Shown here: piece after piece, positions 24,123-32,532 of the stretch | Layout: each line of letters starts with the position of its first letter | Position numbering within the stretch: the stretch's first letter is position 1 | From: a virus | Taxonomy: Duplodnaviria; Caudoviricetes | IMG/VR virus record: IMGVR_UViG_3300002307_000101 | Span: 1-41,176 of that record | Length of the DNA: 41,176 nt | Strand: one strand, 5' to 3' | Notes under the pieces: generated by a model | Seen by the model: the letters and a program-made list of their open reading frames with translations, nothing else | The model's database searches: none | Told to the model about the DNA's origin: nothing | Position numbers and translations under genes: made by a program

Positions 24123-26143
24123 TGCCGTAGGAATCCTAAAGGTTCGTAGCCGATAAATACTGCACCGAGCCGTAAGCCTAGCGAGCTATTGCCCTGCGCC
24201 TGGATTACCAGTTTATTAAAATTAAGCGGCTGTGTCCACGGTATAGTTAGAGGCTCAAGCCCAAACTGTTGCGCGCCCCAGAGAGTTCCGTCACCCCAGT
24301 TGAACGCGTTCCATACCGCCTGGCTAAGCGGAGCCTTGATTGTGGCCTGTGCAAGCACGCCGTTATTCTCGTCGAATCCCTGAAACGCGAACACGTTACC
24401 TGTAGCGTCCAGCGCCATCTCGAGCGTAGAGCGCACCAGGCCGTTTGCGTACATATTACCTTGCTGTGACATAGGGCAAGTCTGGTATACCCATGTAAGT
24501 TGCGTACCGTTCTCGACAAAAGTATTGCCCTCAGCATTGTGATTCTGCACAGCGAAGGACTGCCACATGCTTGCGGGCACGGCGGTGTTGAACACGATGA
24601 AGTCATTACTGAAGCGTGCTGCTAAATCTTGTCTGAAAGTGTGCGGCCCCGTCCACGAGCCAAACTTGCAGTGATAGTAGTATTCTTGAAACGGCGTGCC
24701 GAGCACGTTGCCGTTCTGTACGCATATCCGATATATGTCGCCGTTGAACCCGCCTGACACGCGCGACGGCGTGACTGCGTAGATGAACGGTACTGCGAGG
24801 TCCGCGTCAGGCTCAGACACGTCCCCCGTTATAGTTATCTTCCTTATCCCGTCCACCGCCATGAAGAACACGCCCTGTGGTGTCGGAGCTACTGAGCGTG
24901 CAGCCTGTGTACCCACCGACTCGGATAGTTGATTTAGCAAAAGATTATTTGTAGCTGCGTCGCCCGTCACCTGCCAGATGGAGTTGGATTTGAATGCGAG
25001 AATGGCCTGCAATGTGCCGCCCGACGTAGTGTAGAACGGTAGCCCCATGAGCGCCACAATGTTGCTGGTGTCGGACACTGTGAGTACCTGCACCGTGCCT
25101 GCGTTAGAAATATTCAGAGACAGCGTGTCGGTGAACACGAGGAAGTTTGCCTGCGCGAAGTATGCCCGGTTGTTAAATTGATGCACGCACTGGGGAATCC
25201 CCGCAAGCTGTAGTGCTCCTGTTGTGTTGCCCGCACACCACAGCGGTGTTGCAACCGTACCGCCTGCGATAGTGAAAGTAATCGCGTTGTTCGAGGACGA
25301 AGCATTGGCCGACAGCGTGAGCGTCGTGCCCGTAACAAAGATAGAAACTGTGGCAGAGGCCGTGGCCGCCTGCGATATAGTTATCGCCACGCCGGACGAT
25401 ATACCGGCAATCGTTGTGCCCGTGGGGATACCAACCCCTGTTATAGCTTGGCCAACGAACATACCTGTCGTACTGGGGATAGCGTCTATCGTGGTATTAG
25501 AATGCGTCGTGCCCGTAGTTGTGATGGACACGTTGCCAGTATTTTTTATTGTTGTACTCGCAGGAATACCTGTGCCTGTTATGGTGTAGCCCGGCCCTAT
25601 ACCCGCGATGGAGAAGTTTCCGTTTATCGTTGGCGACCCGCTCGTATTGTCGGCAGTTATAGTCGCCGAGAACCCTGACAAGTCAAAATACCCAAACGCG
25701 TAGCCGCCTGCGTAATTAAACCCCGGGTGTGTCACGATAATACGTGTACCCACCATATCCATCATCGGAGGGTTCCATGCGCCTGTCGTCGCGGGAGTCG
25801 TGGGGCAGTTCGCCGAAGTAATCCCATTCACGGTCTTGAAAGAATTAGACGCCACAGTATAGGCGAAAGGGCGGTCTTTACCTGTGGGCGAGTCCGAGGC
25901 TATCATCCCGTATATCACGCCGTCTAGTTGGTACGCCGCTGACACTACGCCGGGGGATGACAGCCCGGAGAACGTGGTAAGCCGGAGGTTCGCGGGGCGG
26001 CACACCAGTACGCCGGGAGAGTCAGGCGACCAGATTAAATTCTGCATGCTGGCCATCGCACCGGAGGGCGAGTTGTCCCCATCTACAGTGTCCGACACCG
26101 AGCGGGGGACATACCGTATGGCTTGTTCGCGGAACGCTGGCAT
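24119..26143 (-). CDS. Tail nozzle / tubular protein B (DNA stabilization protein)
   Basis: 674 aa, beta-propeller-like; follows the adaptor gene. Confidence 0.7.
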   Translation of the reverse strand: MPAFREQAIRYVPRSVSDTVDGDNSPSGAMASMQNLIWSPDSPGVLVCRPANLRLTTFSGLSSPGVVSAAYQLDGVIYGMIASDSPTGKDRPFAYTVASNSFKTVNGITSANCPTTPATTGAWNPPMMDMVGTRIIVTHPGFNYAGGYAFGYFDLSGFSATITADNTSGSPTINGNFSIAGIGPGYTITGTGIPASTTIKNTGNVSITTTGTTHSNTTIDAIPSTTGMFVGQAITGVGIPTGTTIAGISSGVAITISQAATASATVSIFVTGTTLTLSANASSSNNAITFTIAGGTVATPLWCAGNTTGALQLAGIPQCVHQFNNRAYFAQANFLVFTDTLSLNISNAGTVQVLTVSDTSNIVALMGLPFYTTSGGTLQAILAFKSNSIWQVTGDAATNNLLLNQLSESVGTQAARSVAPTPQGVFFMAVDGIRKITITGDVSEPDADLAVPFIYAVTPSRVSGGFNGDIYRICVQNGNVLGTPFQEYYYHCKFGSWTGPHTFRQDLAARFSNDFIVFNTAVPASMWQSFAVQNHNAEGNTFVENGTQLTWVYQTCPMSQQGNMYANGLVRSTLEMALDATGNVFAFQGFDENNGVLAQATIKAPLSQAVWNAFNWGDGTLWGAQQFGLEPLTIPWTQPLNFNKLVIQAQGNSSLGLRLGAVFIGYEPLGFLRQ

Positions 26144-26865
26144 TAGAATATACTCGTTATCTTAGTTGGCGGTAAGTTGTTTTGCGGCCTGAATAGCTGC
26201 GGGTCGAGCTTCACAGTCTGCGCAAACCCTTCGCGGTCGTCTTTCATAATGAGATACTTCCGCATACGCCGCTCGACTTCTTTCTCTAAGTCGTCCTTGC
26301 GCCTGTCGTCGCTGAGCAGCATCAAATCCACGCAGAGGTCGCGCAGTAATATCCGCTGGTTGGGGAACCAAGGCACTACGTTACTTACCTCTGGTGACGC
26401 GATGTCTGAAGTCTGCGGGCGATAAAGAAGCTTCATTGTGAGTGGGATAGCAGGCGGAGGCCAGAAATATACCACAGGTGCGCCCCATAGCGACACAGCC
26501 TGCTGGGAGATGTCGGTAGCGAAAGACTCAGGATAATCCGCAATCCCTGTGCCCTCGAACAGCGTGGTGTACTTCTCCAGCGCTATAGGGTCGAGGTCAA
26601 ATATTGTGCCATTAACGTTGTAGTACATCTGCACTTCGCGCAGATAGTCCACCGGAAGCAAATACCCGGCGTTGTTGTACCCTATATTTGTGATAGAGGC
26701 GTTGACGTTAAACTCCGCCGACTTGCGTATGGCGTCTAAATCCATAGTCTGGGCGTACTCGGCCAGTATCATGTTTAGAAACTGACCGGCCTGTGTCTGC
26801 ATCCCCGACCCGACTTTTGAAATCTGGACAGCGAGCGCCACAAGTTGTTTGGCCGAGTACGACAT
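26143..26865 (-). CDS. Head-tail adaptor / tubular protein A
   Basis: YLLPVDYLR...FWPPP pattern; position. Confidence 0.7.
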   Translation of the reverse strand: MSYSAKQLVALAVQISKVGSGMQTQAGQFLNMILAEYAQTMDLDAIRKSAEFNVNASITNIGYNNAGYLLPVDYLREVQMYYNVNGTIFDLDPIALEKYTTLFEGTGIADYPESFATDISQQAVSLWGAPVVYFWPPPAIPLTMKLLYRPQTSDIASPEVSNVVPWFPNQRILLRDLCVDLMLLSDDRRKDDLEKEVERRMRKYLIMKDDREGFAQTVKLDPQLFRPQNNLPPTKITSIF

Positions 26866-26868
26866 AAA

Positions 26869-27258
26869 CTACTCCAGTTCTTTTAGAGCCTCCTCAAGAA
26901 CTTTGCGCTTGTGCGCTAACTCTTTCTCGTGGTGGCGCATGTTAGTTAGCGTGCTTGCGCGGGCCTGCTGCTCGCCCGTCGGCATCATCTTCTTGCCGTC
27001 GTTGCGTGCGTCAATCTCCGCCAGTGTATCACGGAAATTCTCCAGCATCAACTCACCGTCGGCAATACCTTTTTGTAAGTTTGGTATCACAGACTTGGTG
27101 CGGTGCTTCTCAATTACGTTGCGGAATTTATTAAACTCCGTCTCGATTTCTTGCTGAGTAGCGCCGACAGGCAGAGCGCCCGTCACTTGAAACTGCTGCC
27201 CGTTGCCGACGTCCGCGATATAGTTAAACGCGTAGCCGGGTTTCTTCTCTTCCGTCAT
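26869..27258 (-). CDS. Hypothetical protein
   Basis: 129 aa; RBS GGAGGA. Confidence 0.8.
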   Translation of the reverse strand: MTEEKKPGYAFNYIADVGNGQQFQVTGALPVGATQQEIETEFNKFRNVIEKHRTKSVIPNLQKGIADGELMLENFRDTLAEIDARNDGKKMMPTGEQQARASTLTNMRHHEKELAHKRKVLEEALKELE

Positions 27259-27287
27259 CGTGTGTCCTCCGATTTAGAAATGGTTAA

Positions 27288-27749
27288 TTAGTGTGCTACA
27301 TTCTCCATGCCGGGTTTTAATACCAGACCGACAGGACGCTGCCTGTAGAACTCAGTAGCGTTCTTTCCGCGAATCTCGTTCTCATGCTGCTCGCCACGGA
27401 ACATCTGCTCCTTGAGCACAGCAGCTTTACCCCGTGATACCCGGTACGCCCGTCCTGCAAAATAGATATTGCTGTCAAGACGGATGTACGAAGCGTTGGG
27501 CGCGCAAGTGATGAGAACCATTTCAGTGTCCTCGCCCAGCTCGTCTTTACCGTGCTGAAATAAAACCTGACGCTTTAGTTTCTGCTTTGCGGCATTCCGA
27601 AACTCTTTGCGCTTCTCGGCTTTAAGTTCCTTCTCGACCTCGGCCCTTACTTCGGCCTCAATCTGCGCCTTCTCTTTTGCAGAAAGCTCGATACCTTGTT
27701 CTTCCGAGCTGAGCACCGCGTTAATAATCTTGTCGTCGTCTTTAGCCAT
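27288..27749 (-). CDS. Hypothetical protein
   Basis: 153 aa; RBS GGAGGA. Confidence 0.8.
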   Translation of the reverse strand: MAKDDDKIINAVLSSEEQGIELSAKEKAQIEAEVRAEVEKELKAEKRKEFRNAAKQKLKRQVLFQHGKDELGEDTEMVLITCAPNASYIRLDSNIYFAGRAYRVSRGKAAVLKEQMFRGEQHENEIRGKNATEFYRQRPVGLVLKPGMENVAH

Positions 27750-27761
27750 GTGTGTCCTCCA

Positions 27762-28073
27762 TTAAGAATGAACGAATCCGCCGCCGGTAATTGCCTGCGC
27801 CGATATCACAATAGGCCAACCCGATGTTGGGTCAACCATGATGTAGTCGCCGGGGAAACATTGAATCACCCCGCGCTTGCTGGGGAGAAACAGCCGCCCG
27901 GATAAATCGAACATGGTAGTTTGATTCTGGGTGGCTGCTGCATCTTGCGCTTTGATGAGTGCGTTCCACGTACCTACGTCGCGCAGCTTCGTACCTGCTG
28001 CGCCCATGTCGCCGGAGACGAGCAGAGCCTTCAGTGTAGTCGTAGCGGCAGTGCCGCCTGTTAGAAGTGCCAT
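27762..28073 (-). CDS. Hypothetical virion protein (decoration candidate)
   Basis: 103 aa right after the capsid gene; RBS GAAAGGA. Confidence 0.7.
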   Translation of the reverse strand: MALLTGGTAATTTLKALLVSGDMGAAGTKLRDVGTWNALIKAQDAAATQNQTTMFDLSGRLFLPSKRGVIQCFPGDYIMVDPTSGWPIVISAQAITGGGFVHS

Positions 28074-28090
28074 AAACTATCCTTTCAAGT

Positions 28091-28114
28091 GAGGGGCGGA
28101 GTTACCCGCCCCTC
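28091..28114 (-). terminator. Stem-loop after capsid gene (attenuator/stability hairpin)
   Basis: GAGGGGCGG-N6-CCGCCCCTC; U tract is weak. Confidence 0.55.
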
Positions 28115-28121
28115 GTACCTA

Positions 28122-29471
28122 TTAACCGAAGGTTGCAGTGAATGCAGAGGTTGATTCAATCCGCATAAAGAAGTTCTGGTTTAAGATTATAGTGCCATAA
28201 AATACCTTCCATCCCACAATCCTCAACTGGTTAAGCGGGTCGGACTTATCCGCGGTTTGCAGGTATGACATCTTGGGGTCATCCAACATCACCTGGCCGT
28301 AAGCATCTTCACCGAAGATAAAGTTGGGGAACACCGTGACGCCGTTTGCGGGAGCGGCGGGCGGGGTGCGTGACACGCCGACACCTGTGAGGGTGATGGC
28401 TGTGTTGGACGCAATGCCGAAAGCCTGGCCAGCGAGCGGGCCGGATGTCGGACCAGATGCGGAAACCGCGAGGTTCGTCGGCGTTGTGGTCGTGCCGATG
28501 TATACGTTCCACACATAACCAGCGGTGTTCGGAGTCGTGGTCGTAATAGACCCGGCACCTGAACCACCAACAACGACACCAGCGGATACCTGGTAGATGA
28601 GCTGTTCGTAACCGGTCTGCGTCGCAGCACCCACCCAGATAATGTAGTAGGTGTTGTTAGCAAGCGCGCCGCCTGTGGTGGCACCAGTACCAGTGGTCGT
28701 AGTGACGCCAGTCCAGTAGGGCACCATGTTGGAGCGAGTCCAACGTACGCCGCGCCACTGACCTACCTCGTTGTTGTAGAGGCGGTTGATGTCGCTATAC
28801 GACCAGGCTTGCACGATGGAGGCGTTCTCGCCAAGGTCTTGCTCGACCAGGGGGTGGAACACGCCGACGTAATGCTGGAACCCACGGGGGTCGGCACTAC
28901 CTTTAGCGGGCTTGCCTGCGGAGACTTTCTCGTCTTCGTTGCGCTGGCCCATGAACTCAGGAGCACCGATAGTGCGAAGGGCACCAACAGCGCGGTTGAT
29001 TTCGTGGGAGTTAAGTACGTCGCCTGCTACCAGAGATGCGCGGCTACCGCGTGAGTTCACGTAGTTAATCTGCGTACCGGAGAGCAGGTTGTTCGCGGTG
29101 TTGCGCTCCAGTGTTTCAGCCATCTGCATAGCGATGAGCTTGATAGCAGTCTGGAACAGAGGATGTTTAATGGTGATGTCGGCTACATCCGTCACTGTGA
29201 TAGTGTCGCCCCACTGTTGAGCAGTGGCAGACACCTGTGCCAACGGCATTGTCTCGCCGGTGGGTGGCACGCCTTCGGAGAGCGGCGCTCCCGGAAGGTT
29301 TACACGGTCGTAACGTGAGGCCGTATACGTAGTACCGCGCTGTTTTGGCAAGCGGAGCTGCTGCCCGAACTGGTACAGTACGAGCTGGCGGTCTACGAGA
29401 CGAAGAGTTTTCTGCTGGATATAGTTTTCGATATCAGCAGAAAAGGTACTAGATTGGTTGGTTATACCCAT
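28122..29471 (-). CDS. Major capsid protein, N4-gp56-like
   Basis: PLSEGVPP, QQWGD, NEVGQWRGVRW, DKSDPLNQLRIVGWK. Confidence 0.92.
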   Translation of the reverse strand: MGITNQSSTFSADIENYIQQKTLRLVDRQLVLYQFGQQLRLPKQRGTTYTASRYDRVNLPGAPLSEGVPPTGETMPLAQVSATAQQWGDTITVTDVADITIKHPLFQTAIKLIAMQMAETLERNTANNLLSGTQINYVNSRGSRASLVAGDVLNSHEINRAVGALRTIGAPEFMGQRNEDEKVSAGKPAKGSADPRGFQHYVGVFHPLVEQDLGENASIVQAWSYSDINRLYNNEVGQWRGVRWTRSNMVPYWTGVTTTTGTGATTGGALANNTYYIIWVGAATQTGYEQLIYQVSAGVVVGGSGAGSITTTTPNTAGYVWNVYIGTTTTPTNLAVSASGPTSGPLAGQAFGIASNTAITLTGVGVSRTPPAAPANGVTVFPNFIFGEDAYGQVMLDDPKMSYLQTADKSDPLNQLRIVGWKVFYGTIILNQNFFMRIESTSAFTATFG

Positions 29472-29518
29472 TGGAAGCTCCTAAAATTGCGCTCTCACCC
29501 CCAATGGGTTCAAGCAGG

Positions 29519-30277
29519 TTAAAAATTTACACTCTCTAAGCGGCGTTCAAGTTCTTCTAAGCTCTCTCCTGCGCGACCTGGGCGGTACGACGTAGTGTTA
29601 CTCCGTCCCCGCGTAGGCGTGCCTTTAACAGATTCCACCCGCTCGCGGGCTTTCTCTTTCTCTTTAGTGTTCGGTTTAGCTTTCAAAGCGGCCTCCCCTA
29701 CAATAAACGCGAGCACCTGTTCGCGGTTCCAGTTACGCCCCTGCTGGCGTTCCTGAGCGAGCCTGCGCTCTACCTCAGGAGCATGCTTTGCAAACACTGG
29801 GTTGCTCCGCGCTACCAGAAGGAAGTTCGATTTATCAATCGAGTCCTGCGTCTGGAGCTGCGTCAGCAACACCTGCTTATGCATCGTATCTATCTGCTCC
29901 TGCATCTGAAACTCCCGGCGCTCTTGGGGGTCCATCAATGCAAGCTTCTCTTCTCTCTCCCGACGTGCCGCCTCGGTATTCGCGGGTTGCGTCGTGGTTC
30001 TCCCACGTTCCTCGGCTATAGCCTCGGCGCGTGCGAGCTTCTCGCGTAGTTCGTTCCGTTCCCTGGCTAGCTTCGCAATCCGGTTCTCGCCACGTTTTGC
30101 GGGAACTTCGTCTGCTGCGGCAGCTTTGCCTTCGGTCTCTTCGCCTTCTTCTGTCTCTTCCTCCGCGCCTTCTTCCGGCTCGGCTGCTTCCTCGGTATCA
30201 TCCTGTTCTTCAGGCGTACCTTCGGCTGCGTCTTCTACGTCGTCTTCAATTTCTTCGGATGTATTCTGGTCGGCCAT
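29519..30277 (-). CDS. Scaffolding protein
   Basis: Acidic N-terminus and coiled coil; lies between portal and capsid. Confidence 0.8.
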   Translation of the reverse strand: MADQNTSEEIEDDVEDAAEGTPEEQDDTEEAAEPEEGAEEETEEGEETEGKAAAADEVPAKRGENRIAKLARERNELREKLARAEAIAEERGRTTTQPANTEAARREREEKLALMDPQERREFQMQEQIDTMHKQVLLTQLQTQDSIDKSNFLLVARSNPVFAKHAPEVERRLAQERQQGRNWNREQVLAFIVGEAALKAKPNTKEKEKARERVESVKGTPTRGRSNTTSYRPGRAGESLEELERRLESVNF

Positions 30278-30299
30278 GATAATTACTCCTTAACCATTA

Positions 30300-30370
30300 A
30301 TGCCTAACGGGCATCACGCGGAACCCCTACCGGGGGTAAGTCGAATAGTTCCTTACGGGAACCACGCGAA
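30300..30370 (-). promoter_or_regulatory. Three-hairpin 5' leader of the scaffold/capsid mRNA
   Basis: GUUCC-CGUAA-GGAAC, ACCCC-CGGUA-GGGGU, AUGCC-CGUUA-GGCAU. Confidence 0.7.
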
Positions 30371-30378
30371 ACGTAACA

Positions 30379-30407
30379 ATAATACCTACATATGGTAGGA
30401 CACGCAA
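30379..30407 (-). promoter_or_regulatory. Sigma70-like promoter for scaffold/capsid
   Basis: TTGCGT-N17-TATTAT; spacer contains the inverted repeat CCTAC-N5-GTAGG. Confidence 0.6.
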
Positions 30408-30414
30408 CAAAAAA

Positions 30415-32532
30415 TCACACGGCCTTGCGCGGCATAGCGAGCGGCATGCTGTCTGGGCGTACTGCGCCGGGAGGATTCTGCACGCCTGTGGGAGCTTGCG
30501 CTTGCGCTCCGGGGCGCGGCCCGCCGCCTCCAGGAGCAGGGAGCATCTGCTGTTGCTGCGCGGCTGCTTTCTCTTTGAGTTGTTTTATATGTTCGAGAAT
30601 GTGGCCCTTCTTATACTCACTGGGCATTAGCTGCATGCTCTGGAGATGCGACTGCAAGTGTGCGTTGTCGTCGTCAAGCGGATGCGTCTGCACGGGGAAC
30701 ATGTTCTCCATCAATTGATTCTCCATATCCGGCTCGACGCTTAACTGGTGGCGCTGGTCGATAAGAACATGCGGCGCGATGCGCGGTCCGCACGTCACCT
30801 CGGTGATGTATTCCAGCAACGGGCCAAGGTCTACTTTGCGTCCGTTCAATGCTTGTGGTGGCATGCTCTGAAGCACGTTGCCCCACGAAATCATCGCCTG
30901 CACTTGCTGTGTCGCTTTGAAACTCTCCGACCCGTACCACCGCATCGTGTAGCGCTGGCGTGTCTGGAACGGCTCCACCTGGTCCATCGTCGCTTGCAGC
31001 CCGAGTTGACCAAACTTCTTCACCGTTATCTGCTTTGTCCGGTACTGGTAGTCCAGGTCGTAGCACCACTCAATCACGCGCGCGAGCACGGACTCAAGGA
31101 TAGCTATCTCGTCGTTCGTACTTTCCAACGCAACCTGTTGCTGCTGTGCTATCTCCGCCTGTGACGGGCGCTTGTTGGCGTTGCCGTGGGGTATCATCGC
31201 CGGGTTGATGCCGAGCGACTGGAATATCTGTTCCTTATATGTGCCAACCAAAGTCAGCGCGTCTTTCCACAATGCAGGGAACTCCGCAAACTTTGTACTG
31301 TTCGGGTCGGTCATCCATATTGCCGCCATGCTCAGGACCATTGAGCCTATCTGTGGGGACTTCTCCGGGTCGGCCATCACTATAGGTAGCAGCGCATACT
31401 GCGCAGAATCCGCTCCCATGTTTGCCGCGTCGTTCGCTGCGTACTGCAACGCCTTCACCGGCTCTACCTGCGATTTACCCCATATCACGTCGCCCTCTTT
31501 CTCCACTGCCTGGAGGATGACGGGTATGCGGTCGTTCCAGTACGGGTTGCGTTTGCAGCCGAGATAGACATCCTGCCCACCGAAGTGCGACACCATCCAG
31601 CGATGCTCGCCGCGTATCTTCATCTTCGACCATACCTGGTATATCAATGACGTCTTGTTGCCCTTGCTGTCGAGCTGCACGCCCGCTGCGTTGGCAGCTT
31701 TCTTCCCCGTGTTTGTCTGACGTGACGACCCGGTGTTGGAAGACATGTTGTCGAGCAGCTCCTCTGCGGCGGCCTTCTCGAACACGCCGTCTTTGATGCA
31801 CTCTTTTATTTTGTCAGCGGAGTATCTAAGAGCAACACAAACAATTTCAGCATCCTCAATGTCGTCCACAGTAGCAGGGAGCACCACAAGATTACGAACG
31901 TCCAATACACTAAATACCGGCTTCTCATCTTTAACCTCTTCGTAAGACACGTCGTCGTATTCCTCGGTGCCATCTACCGGCGCACCGGTTTCTGAAACCA
32001 TTTCGGGTTTCTTCTCTTTATTCACAATGAAGCGAGACTTCACACCCCATTCTACATACAGCGCATAGTTGCCGCTGATGTCCCCCGCGCGTATCATCGC
32101 AGGAACTATATTGCGGCGTAGGTTCGCCTGTCCGATATAGTAATCAAGCAGCGCTATGAGGTCGTACGGAACGCGACCGTCGTTACCTACCACGTCGACA
32201 TACCGTCCGTTGTTGGGGAAGAGGACGTTAATAAATCGAGTCTCACGAGCGTTAATAGCGTCGCGCACTGCGGGCACATATATCTGCGCCTTGCCGTTGT
32301 AGGCCTGGTTGGCGTTCAGCTCGCAGTTATAAATATCCCAGCACTCATCCACGAGGTTTGTCTGGCTGGACTTATCCTCGTACGCCTTCTCAATAATGGG
32401 GTACAGCTTCGCGAGCTGCTTCTGGATATACTTATACTGCGTATAGTCGCGTTTCCTATCCTCGACCTTATCGTCGGGAGTATCATCTTCCTCGTCGTCT
32501 TCGACTTCGTTTGGCAGGTCTTTGATTTTCAT
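30415..32532 (-). CDS. Portal protein
   Basis: 705 aa between TerL and scaffold; NPYW..RIP, WGKS.VE, Gln/Pro-rich tail. Confidence 0.85.
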   Translation of the reverse strand: MKIKDLPNEVEDDEEDDTPDDKVEDRKRDYTQYKYIQKQLAKLYPIIEKAYEDKSSQTNLVDECWDIYNCELNANQAYNGKAQIYVPAVRDAINARETRFINVLFPNNGRYVDVVGNDGRVPYDLIALLDYYIGQANLRRNIVPAMIRAGDISGNYALYVEWGVKSRFIVNKEKKPEMVSETGAPVDGTEEYDDVSYEEVKDEKPVFSVLDVRNLVVLPATVDDIEDAEIVCVALRYSADKIKECIKDGVFEKAAAEELLDNMSSNTGSSRQTNTGKKAANAAGVQLDSKGNKTSLIYQVWSKMKIRGEHRWMVSHFGGQDVYLGCKRNPYWNDRIPVILQAVEKEGDVIWGKSQVEPVKALQYAANDAANMGADSAQYALLPIVMADPEKSPQIGSMVLSMAAIWMTDPNSTKFAEFPALWKDALTLVGTYKEQIFQSLGINPAMIPHGNANKRPSQAEIAQQQQVALESTNDEIAILESVLARVIEWCYDLDYQYRTKQITVKKFGQLGLQATMDQVEPFQTRQRYTMRWYGSESFKATQQVQAMISWGNVLQSMPPQALNGRKVDLGPLLEYITEVTCGPRIAPHVLIDQRHQLSVEPDMENQLMENMFPVQTHPLDDDNAHLQSHLQSMQLMPSEYKKGHILEHIKQLKEKAAAQQQQMLPAPGGGGPRPGAQAQAPTGVQNPPGAVRPDSMPLAMPRKAV

